Assembly (NCBI GenBank): GCA_947646585.1
Contig: CANSHD010000002.1
Span: forward strand, 203,614-267,613
DNA: 64,000 nt
Direction: 5' to 3'
DNA from: an uncultured Alphaproteobacteria bacterium
Lineage (GTDB): Bacteria > Pseudomonadota > Alphaproteobacteria > Rs-D84
This document shows, one piece after another, positions 56,526-64,000 of this stretch; the stretch's first letter is position 1, and the number at the start of each line of letters is the position of its first letter. The position numbers and the translations under genes are program-made. The notes below the pieces were generated by a model, which was not told the DNA's origin, searched no databases, and saw only the letters and a program-made list of their open reading frames with translations.

Positions 56526-57753
56526 CGTCCCGCGGCCGCAGCGGTGCGGCAATATGCATATCGACGGCGCGACGCGTACGCGACAGCGCGACATACGCCT
56601 GGCCGTGTGCGAACGCACCGCGCGAAATATCCACGACAACCGCATCCAGCGTTTTGCCCTGGGCCTTGTGTATCGTCATGGCATAGCCCAGACTTAACGG
56701 AAACTGGCGGTACGCCCCTATTTCATTTTCCACCAGGCGGTCGTTTTCATCACGCGTATATTCAATCTTTTCCCATTTTTCCGGCCGCACGGATACGGTT
56801 TCGCGGTTATCGGACAATAATTGAACGACTATTTCGCGCGCGCCCAGACTGCGCACGATTCCCATGGAGCCGTTATGCCATTTGTCGCCGTTCTTTACAA
56901 AGACGACCAATGCGCCGACCTTTAACACCAGACTTAACGGCGCGGGAACGTCGCGCTCGGAAAAATTCCCAGTAAGTTCGCCGTTATACGCGACCTCCGG
57001 CGCCGATATCTGGGCCAGGCGGGCGGCGTTTATACGCTCGGCCACGGCACGGAACGGCGTAATCAGAACCGCATTTTCACGACGCGACGCATCGTCGATG
57101 CGGCATGCGTTAAAGAATTCCAATGCGGACACGTCGCCCGTACGCAGGCGCGTTAAACTTTCCAACAGCGCCATGTCGTTTTGACGATACACCAAATCAA
57201 AATCATAGGTTATAAAATCGGCGCGCTTATAAACATTACTGTCAAAGAAATACGCATTTTCATGCCCGTAATTCTGTGCGTACAGCGCCGCCGCATCACG
57301 GGTTATAACAGGTGGCAGCTGAAACAAATCGCCGATTGCCAAAACCTGCAGGCCGCCGAACGGCGCATTGTTGCGCCGCGCCTGGCGGGCAAGAATGTCC
57401 ATCGCGTCCAGCAGATCGGGCGCAACCATCGAAATCTCGTCTATTATCAAAACGTCGGCGCCGGTCAAGACATTGCGTGTTTTCGCCTTTAGCTTTAAAA
57501 ATTCAGGCATGATGAAATCACGCGGCTGAATCTGAAACATGGAATGAATTGTCTGGCCCGAAATGTTCAGGGCGGACACCGCCGTCGGACATGCGCAAAT
57601 TATTCTTTTTTTGGACGCACTGCGCAGATAATTTACAAACGTCGATTTTCCCGTGCCGGCCTGGCCCATGATAAGAATGTTTGAATACGTGTTTTCCAGC
57701 GCGTTCATCGCCGCGGTCTGGGTTGCGTTCAATATCGGGACAATTTCAGACAT
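56476..57753 (-). CDS. Pif1/RecD-like SF1 DNA helicase
   Basis: Start set at MSEIVPILN... Walker A GQAGTGKST, Walker B LIIDEISMV, plus GDLFQLPPV and the C-terminal TIHKAQGKTLD. Confidence 0.8.
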   Translation of the reverse strand: MSEIVPILNATQTAAMNALENTYSNILIMGQAGTGKSTFVNYLRSASKKRIICACPTAVSALNISGQTIHSMFQIQPRDFIMPEFLKLKAKTRNVLTGADVLIIDEISMVAPDLLDAMDILARQARRNNAPFGGLQVLAIGDLFQLPPVITRDAAALYAQNYGHENAYFFDSNVYKRADFITYDFDLVYRQNDMALLESLTRLRTGDVSALEFFNACRIDDASRRENAVLITPFRAVAERINAARLAQISAPEVAYNGELTGNFSERDVPAPLSLVLKVGALVVFVKNGDKWHNGSMGIVRSLGAREIVVQLLSDNRETVSVRPEKWEKIEYTRDENDRLVENEIGAYRQFPLSLGYAMTIHKAQGKTLDAVVVDISRGAFAHGQAYVALSRTRRAVDMHIAAPLRPRDVIFDPRVLDFVNSVRG

Positions 57754-57842
57754 ATGCGCATGTTGGCACAACACACAGAAAAAAGCAACAGCGATAAAAT
57801 TTATCTTGCAACAAAATCGAAATCATATATAATGTGCGCCGT

Positions 57843-57919
57843 GGGTTAGTAGCTCAGTTGGTTAGAGCGGAGCGCTCATAACGCTTTGGTCGTGGGTTCA
57901 AGTCCTACCTAACCCACCA
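57843..57919 (+). tRNA. tRNA with CAU anticodon (elongator Met or lysidine-modified Ile2)
   Basis: GGGTTAGTAGCTCAGTTGGTTAGAGC...GAGCGCTCATAACGCTT...GGTTCAAGTCC...CTAACCCACCA. It lacks the initiator features (C1:A72 mismatch, three G:C pairs in the anticodon stem). Confidence 0.85.
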
Positions 57920-57926
57920 ACTTATT

Positions 57927-57947
57927 TCCGCCGACGGCGGATTTTTT
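57927..57947 (+). terminator. intrinsic terminator after the tRNA
   Basis: TCCGCC-GAC-GGCGGATTTTTT. Confidence 0.75.
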
Positions 57948-58040
57948 ATTTGATTTGGTACGTCATATAAAAAATGTATATTTTTCTCTTGCGCTGTATG
58001 GCGCTTTTTTTCTACCATAATTTACAAAAGAGAGGAAGTT

Positions 58041-61000
58041 ATGGAAAAAAAGCGCAGTTTCCTTGGGTTTTTGGCATCTTTATTCATTGTCTTTTTCACG
58101 GCAAATGCATTTGCCGCGGGTTATACCTGCGATAAATTAAAGAAATACACGTCGTGTAATGCGAACTATTATTTAAATGGCACGGACGTTGGAAACGCCT
58201 GTGTTGCATGCGCGACGGGTTATACAAAAGCCGCTGATTCCAATGTCGGGGCGCAGTATTGTACCCAAAGCTGCACCGTTAATTGTAAGCAACAGACATG
58301 TCCCGCCAACGCGACATGTACCCACGGAACTAAAACCGCTACCGGAACCAGAAATCAAACACAGGCGGCAGGCGTGTGTAGCGCGACACAACCAACCTGC
58401 TCCATCACGATAAGCTGTAACGCGTCTTACTATAAGACAAGCAGCAATACCTGTCAGGCTTGCGGCACCGGGCAGTACAGCGCAAAAGGCGCAACCAGCT
58501 GTAGTTCTTGTACAAACAAACCTGCAAACTCTTATTATACAGGCAACGCATCATCTAACGCATGTCCGTGGGCATGTAATAGCGGCTATCATAAAAACGC
58601 AGCCGGCACAGCATGTTATCCGAACACAAAATATGTTACCTGCTCTGGCGGATACTATATTGCCAAGGGTGCAACCGCATGTTCTACGGAGTGCCCGGCC
58701 AACAAATGGTGCGCAGGCGGTACATTTACCATATCATCTGCAGGTGCGGCGGCCGATACCGGAATAACCGGCAGCTGTCCGAGTAATTATACATCACCCA
58801 AAAAGAGTTCCTCTTACACGGCGTGCAGCACAAGTTGTACTGTTAACTGTTCCGGTAATGCAACATGTACATACGCTAATGCGACATGTACATATGATAC
58901 AACAAAAACATATACTGGGACAAAAACATGCCAGAACGTTGCGTGCAGCACACAAAGTTCTTGCAGCGCCAGTGGTACGTGCCCTGTCAACGGATTTAAT
59001 TGTAATTCATGCTATGTAAAGAATTCTGGCGGAACGGCATGTATTGGCGCCACATATACGATAACATATGCAAATGGCGGCGGCACCGGTAGCAGCCAGA
59101 CGCAATCTGTCAAATATAAGGGTTCATTTACAACGAAAGCCGCGAGTACATTCAGTCGTCCGGGCTATACGTTTAGCAGTTGGGGTGGCAATTATCCAAA
59201 TGCCAACAGCTCCTATACATATAATACGTGCGGCAACACAACGTTAACAGCAAGCTGGAATGCATGTACTGCAAACACCGGCGCCGCCGGCACATGCGGA
59301 TGCGGTTCAACCCAATATCCGAACGGGAGTGGCTGTTCGAACTGTAGCGTATCTTGTAGCGGAGTCACAGGTTTCACGCTTGGTACATACAATGTCTGCA
59401 ATGCCCAAACGAACAACATTTGTTATCGCAACTGTACGACTGCGGACGTTGCAAATTCCAAGACCGTGTCCGGAACCGTTACAAAAGGCGGAACCAGCAC
59501 ATGTAAGGCGACCGCATGTAAAGACGGATATTACTATAAAGACGGCGTCTGCAACGTATGTCCGGCAAATGCGGAATGTGACCCGAACCCGGGCAGCAAT
59601 CCGATTACCTGTGATGACGGTTATACGCTGAATGACGCCGGAACGGGCTGTACCGCGAACAAATATAATGTAACGTATTCCTGCGCCCCGGGCACAGGCA
59701 CAGTCGCGGGGAATACGGCGACATATAACCTGTCCTATTCGCCAAAGAGCAGCTCTTGTACGGCACCGTCAAAGCACAAGTTTGTCGGATGGACAATATC
59801 CGGCACAAGCACCGTGGTAACACCTGGCGCAAGCTTTACTTGGAAATATTTGGAAAACAAGACGTTTACGGCAAAATACGAGGCCACTTCCTGTGACAGC
59901 GGCCAGTATTTGAGCGGTGGCGCCTGTGTATCATGCCCCAGCGGATATACCGCCAGCGACCTGAACGCGACCAGCAATACGCAGTGCTATAAAGCATGCT
60001 CACAAAACTGTGTCTCGCCCAGCTGTCCGGCGAACTCAACCGAGTGCACGTTTGACACAACCGCAAAGTGGACCGGAAAGCAGTATTACAATTCATCCAC
60101 ATGCCAGATAAACGACGGCCAAAAAAGCGACTGTCCGATTGCGACACTGAATTGTAAGCGCACATATTATACAAACGGCTCTGTCTGCTCGTCCTGTTCC
60201 AGCTTGGGCGACGGCAGCTATACTCAGTCGCTGTCAACGAACAACAGTTCGCCATACGGCTGCTATGCAATGTGCACAATCCCATGTACACAGCAGGCGT
60301 GCCCGGCACATGCAACATGTACACATGGAACAGAAAAATCGGCCGGAGGCATCTATTATCCAAGCGAAGACTGTACTGCACCGGGGATTAGCTGTACCAT
60401 AAATATCACATGTGATAGCGGCTATGCGCTGGACGCAGGCTCGGCTACCTGTAATCCGGTTGTCACGCCGGTTGTATTGAACCGCAATTACAACAGCACG
60501 GATTCAGCGACGCTTGCGACGATATATCAGAAGTATGAAACAGGCTGGTATTCCAATTCGGCGGCGACAACCACGCTTTCCAAAGCGACGGTGCCGACAC
60601 GTGCAAATTATAATTTCTTGGGCTACTACACCGCAAGAACGGGTGGAAGTCAGGTAATCAAAGCGGACGGCACCCTGCCGATGAACACGACATATGAAAC
60701 GGCAACCTCTGTCACATTGTATGCCCAGTGGAGTCTGAACAACACAGATTGCCAAGCAGGGAAATACTACAACGGTAGCTCTCATGTGACATGTCCGGCC
60801 GGCAAATACTGCCCGGGCACGGGGAGCACGCCGATTGGAACGGCCGGATGCGCGGTAAACTGTCCGGCGGACGCGGCGGGCGGCACGGTGACATCCGATG
60901 CGGGCTCCAGCGTGGCGACGGCCTGCCGCACGGTTCGCACCAATCAGAATCTTAGCGACAATAGCGGTCGCGGCGACCAGACATGCTATTACAACACGCA

Positions 61001-64000
61001 AACCGCGAATTATTCCACAGGATGCACCATTAAAATTACGGCGTGTAATGCGGGATACTATCGCGAACAGGAGAACAGCACGACCTGCTCTTCCACGGAT
61101 ATCGGGGAATACAGCCCGGCAAACGACTTGGAAAAGTATCTGTGTAAGAACTTAAGCGGGGCGGCAACCGACGTGACAACGGCGGCTAAAAACTCCGGCG
61201 CGGCGACATTGTGCTATAACCCGTGCGGAAACGTGACGATTACAAACGGTACCCGCGTGCCTGTTAATGAAAAAGAGTTCTATGACGGCGCCAAGATACC
61301 GGCGTGTACATATACCACGAACTGTAACACCGGTTACCAGGCCAGCGGCACGACATGCGTTGCAAAAGTGCTGACAATCACGCTGAACCACAACAACGGA
61401 ACCGCCAACAGCACCATTTACTTAAAGTATGCGGACGGCTGGTATTCCAACTCCAACGCGTCGGCGTCATCAAAAATAACCACGGTAACGGTACCGTCAA
61501 AGGGCGACGGCATGGCATTCGAGGGTTATGTATCAACGAACAACGATGTTGTTGTCGGATCCGACGGCAAGCTGACAACCAACTATACTGTATTTAGCGC
61601 GAACGCCATAATTACGGCGCAATATGGTAATCGTACGGCGATACACTGTGATGCCGGAAAGTACTATGAAGGCGGCAGCAAGACCACATGCACGACATGT
61701 CCGGCGGGCAGCTATTGCCCGGGTGTGGACACGTTCGTCGGCGTTGACAGTCCGCGCGGTATAAACACCTGTGCGTCACTGGGCGGCACATACACCCATG
61801 CGGACGGCGCGGCGGCCACAACGGTCAGCTCGGCCGCGGGCGCGACGGGTCCGGCCGGATGCTATGCGACGAACGTTTCATACACGTCGTCCACGAACAA
61901 GGCGACCGGCAGCCAGACCTGCTATTTCAACGAATCAACAACGTCTTATACCGACAGTTGCAAGGACAAGGTCGTGTTAAGCTGCGTCGGCGGATACTGG
62001 CGCGCGAACGCGGCGGATACGGACTGCGTCGCGGTCGGCATCGGTTACTACAGCGCAGACAAGGCGACAACTCGCACGGCCTGCCCGAACCTTTCAACAA
62101 CGACGGGCGTCAAGACGTTCACGGAAACATCTGAAACGGTGACACAGTGCTATCTGGGCAACATATGGTACCAGGGACAGCACAGCGGTCACAGACGCAG
62201 CTGCTATCATACGGCGGACGCCACTGATACAAATGTGTCCAGCGGATACAGCTATAACTGCGACGTGTCCGTAATCGTGACATGCGATGCCGGATACTAT
62301 GACGACGGAAATTATACCTTTACAAACAGCAAGGGCGAAAGAGAACGCGACTGCGTGGCCGTGACAGATAAAAACTCTTACAGCCCGGCCCAATCGTTCT
62401 TCACATCCGAAGAGGCTCAACCGAATCAGGAAACACCGGGTAGCTCGACCAAGCTGCACAACTGTCCGGAGACCAAGTCCATTGCGAACGGTACGGCGCG
62501 CCGCGTGTTCAACGCCACATGGACAGCATCGGATTACGCGGTATGCGAATACAAGGCCGCAACATGTGACGCGGGGTATCGCGCGATTACAAGTGGTGCC
62601 ATTGCAAAGTGCGTATGGGACGACCCGGATGCGTGTCCGGAAGGGTTCTATTGCCCGGACGGCGGCGAGGAGCCGATAGAATGTCCGAAAGACAAAGCCG
62701 GACGCGACGGCACGACGGAAGTCGGTGCAAAGTCAATCGAACAGTGCTTTATTGCATACGACCCCTATTCCGCATTCAAAAACGGTACGGGTTCCGCAAT
62801 ATGCAACTATTCGGGCGACTCGAAAGACTATACGCGTTGCCATGACATTACCGCGAAATCTTGTAACGCCGGTTATTATTATCGCGATGCGGGAAGTGCG
62901 ACCTGTGTCGAGGTTGTAAGCGGGAACTATAGCCCGGCCGGAAACATCCAGCAGATTTCGTGCCCGAGCGGCGGAAACGGTTCCAACCAATTCGCGGCGA
63001 ACTGGGATGCATGTTACAAGAACTGTGAAATAACGGTTGCGCATTCTTCCACGGTTGCGGCCAAAGACAACACAGTGTTTGGTATAAGCGCCAACGGTTA
63101 TGCGGCATGCTCGTTCCATGTGACATGCCAGACAGGTTATTCGCCCAACAATAACGACACGGCGGCCCCGACATGCGATGCAAACCGCTATACGGTGACG
63201 CTGGATAAAAACGGCGGCGACGGGAATGTCGCGGCCAGCATAGAGTGCACGTTTGACAGCGGCGCATGCGCGTTGCCGGCGACGACCGGTCTGACACGCG
63301 CCGGATACAGCGTGGGCGCCAAATGGTGCACCGAGAAAGACGGTACGGGCACATGCTATAACGGCGGAACAACCGTGACGACCAACATATCGGCAAACGG
63401 AACCGCGACAACGCTGTACGCGATTTGGACGCCCAATGTGTATCAGATTACACTGAAACACGCGGACGCCACGGTTGCCGGCGCACCCGCCACGGCATAT
63501 CTGAAATATGCGACAGGCTGGTTCGCAGACAACAGCGCGACATTACCGCTGAGCCAGATGAGCAAGACACCTGAAAAGACAGGATATGAATTTGCAGGAT
63601 ACAAGGCGGCCAACAACACCGTCATTGTGGATACAAACGGCATGTTCCAGACAACACAGGCGGCCCTGACCTTTACAACCGCGGCGGCAGACGTAACAGT
63701 TGTATGGAGTGCGGGCAACACAAAGTGCGCGGCCGGTACATATTACCAGGGCACGGGCGCGACGTGCCTGCCATGTACGGACAACCATTATTGTCCTGGC
63801 GGCAGCTTTGCCACCGACGGCGGCCAGGCGGGTCTGAACGAATGCCGCGACAACGGTAAGACCGCGGCGGACGCCCATGCATCGTCGGAAACGCAGTGCT
63901 TTAAAGAAGACCTGCCGACATATGTGGCGGCGCACGGCAAGGGAACGCAGAAGTGCTATTTTGACACGGAAAACCTGACCTATTCCACGGAATGCACGGA
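58041..64000 (+). CDS. giant secreted cysteine-rich repeat protein (more than 1986 aa; continues past window end)
   Basis: Absent from the ORF track because no stop occurs. I translated the frame from ATG 58041 (RBS AGAGGAAG) to 64000 and found no stop. Signal peptide is MEKKRSFLGFLASLFIVFFTANAFA. CxxGYY / CxxCPxGxYCPG Cys-rich units alternate with six Listeria-Bacteroides (InlB B-repeat/Flg_new)-like modules. Confidence 0.85.
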   Translation, partial: MEKKRSFLGFLASLFIVFFTANAFAAGYTCDKLKKYTSCNANYYLNGTDVGNACVACATGYTKAADSNVGAQYCTQSCTVNCKQQTCPANATCTHGTKTATGTRNQTQAAGVCSATQPTCSITISCNASYYKTSSNTCQACGTGQYSAKGATSCSSCTNKPANSYYTGNASSNACPWACNSGYHKNAAGTACYPNTKYVTCSGGYYIAKGATACSTECPANKWCAGGTFTISSAGAAADTGITGSCPSNYTSPKKSSSYTACSTSCTVNCSGNATCTYANATCTYDTTKTYTGTKTCQNVACSTQSSCSASGTCPVNGFNCNSCYVKNSGGTACIGATYTITYANGGGTGSSQTQSVKYKGSFTTKAASTFSRPGYTFSSWGGNYPNANSSYTYNTCGNTTLTASWNACTANTGAAGTCGCGSTQYPNGSGCSNCSVSCSGVTGFTLGTYNVCNAQTNNICYRNCTTADVANSKTVSGTVTKGGTSTCKATACKDGYYYKDGVCNVCPANAECDPNPGSNPITCDDGYTLNDAGTGCTANKYNVTYSCAPGTGTVAGNTATYNLSYSPKSSSCTAPSKHKFVGWTISGTSTVVTPGASFTWKYLENKTFTAKYEATSCDSGQYLSGGACVSCPSGYTASDLNATSNTQCYKACSQNCVSPSCPANSTECTFDTTAKWTGKQYYNSSTCQINDGQKSDCPIATLNCKRTYYTNGSVCSSCSSLGDGSYTQSLSTNNSSPYGCYAMCTIPCTQQACPAHATCTHGTEKSAGGIYYPSEDCTAPGISCTINITCDSGYALDAGSATCNPVVTPVVLNRNYNSTDSATLATIYQKYETGWYSNSAATTTLSKATVPTRANYNFLGYYTARTGGSQVIKADGTLPMNTTYETATSVTLYAQWSLNNTDCQAGKYYNGSSHVTCPAGKYCPGTGSTPIGTAGCAVNCPADAAGGTVTSDAGSSVATACRTVRTNQNLSDNSGRGDQTCYYNTQTANYSTGCTIKITACNAGYYREQENSTTCSSTDIGEYSPANDLEKYLCKNLSGAATDVTTAAKNSGAATLCYNPCGNVTITNGTRVPVNEKEFYDGAKIPACTYTTNCNTGYQASGTTCVAKVLTITLNHNNGTANSTIYLKYADGWYSNSNASASSKITTVTVPSKGDGMAFEGYVSTNNDVVVGSDGKLTTNYTVFSANAIITAQYGNRTAIHCDAGKYYEGGSKTTCTTCPAGSYCPGVDTFVGVDSPRGINTCASLGGTYTHADGAAATTVSSAAGATGPAGCYATNVSYTSSTNKATGSQTCYFNESTTSYTDSCKDKVVLSCVGGYWRANAADTDCVAVGIGYYSADKATTRTACPNLSTTTGVKTFTETSETVTQCYLGNIWYQGQHSGHRRSCYHTADATDTNVSSGYSYNCDVSVIVTCDAGYYDDGNYTFTNSKGERERDCVAVTDKNSYSPAQSFFTSEEAQPNQETPGSSTKLHNCPETKSIANGTARRVFNATWTASDYAVCEYKAATCDAGYRAITSGAIAKCVWDDPDACPEGFYCPDGGEEPIECPKDKAGRDGTTEVGAKSIEQCFIAYDPYSAFKNGTGSAICNYSGDSKDYTRCHDITAKSCNAGYYYRDAGSATCVEVVSGNYSPAGNIQQISCPSGGNGSNQFAANWDACYKNCEITVAHSSTVAAKDNTVFGISANGYAACSFHVTCQTGYSPNNNDTAAPTCDANRYTVTLDKNGGDGNVAASIECTFDSGACALPATTGLTRAGYSVGAKWCTEKDGTGTCYNGGTTVTTNISANGTATTLYAIWTPNVYQITLKHADATVAGAPATAYLKYATGWFADNSATLPLSQMSKTPEKTGYEFAGYKAANNTVIVDTNGMFQTTQAALTFTTAAADVTVVWSAGNTKCAAGTYYQGTGATCLPCTDNHYCPGGSFATDGGQAGLNECRDNGKTAADAHASSETQCFKEDLPTYVAAHGKGTQKCYFDTENLTYSTECT

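Noticed and set aside
60504-63461. Several 160-240-aa minus-strand ORFs (60504..61001, 62733..63461, 62848..63411)
   Set aside because: They lie antisense to the giant open frame, are Arg/Cys-rich and have no start context. The plus frame has a signal peptide, an RBS and a coherent repeat structure.

Overview
This 64-kb window looks like an alphaproteobacterial chromosome segment. Three features support that: a circularly permuted two-piece tmRNA gene, a DUF2155 gene and a DUF1013 gene. GC content is roughly 50 percent by eye.

The housekeeping backbone is dense and mostly unambiguous:
- Translation and RNA modification: rpsP-rimM-trmD-rplS, tsaD, cysS, tsaB-rimI, obg, and prfB with its programmed +1 frameshift.
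- DNA repair and replication: xseA, recN, an addA-like helicase-nuclease, radC and a Pif1-like helicase.
- Other: rpoD, a fused accD-accA, ihfB, a peroxiredoxin, amiC, an msbA-like ABC exporter and rubrerythrin.
- RNA genes: five intact tRNAs, Gly-CCC, Ser-GCU, Ser-CGA, Arg-CCG and CAU.

Four things stand out in the accessory content:
1. A 7.8-kb integrase-bearing element sits exactly inside the anticodon loop of a tRNA-Arg(CCG) gene. The two halves of that gene lie at 38164..38202 and 46019..46063. The element carries its own complete, promoter-equipped tRNA-Arg(CCG) and a Slam-like barrel plus surface-lipoprotein cargo.
2. A dispersed family of secreted, very cysteine-rich proteins includes five paralogs that share a C-terminal module. 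It also includes a 90-aa Cys-dense peptide and a giant ORF of more than 1986 aa that runs off the window end and is absent from the ORF track.
3. Two of these genes are preceded by homologous structured leaders of about 240 nt. The leaders have sigma70-like promoters, tandem terminators and a three-way alternative pairing supported by a compensatory indel.
4. Several odd gene architectures occur: an orphan AbiEii-like nucleotidyltransferase next to a metallophosphoesterase, a Lon-like AAA+ protein with no protease domain, and an addA whose nuclease domain is in a different frame.

I saw no rRNA, CRISPR array, transposase or reverse transcriptase. All functional calls come from motif recognition by eye, and no database search was run.
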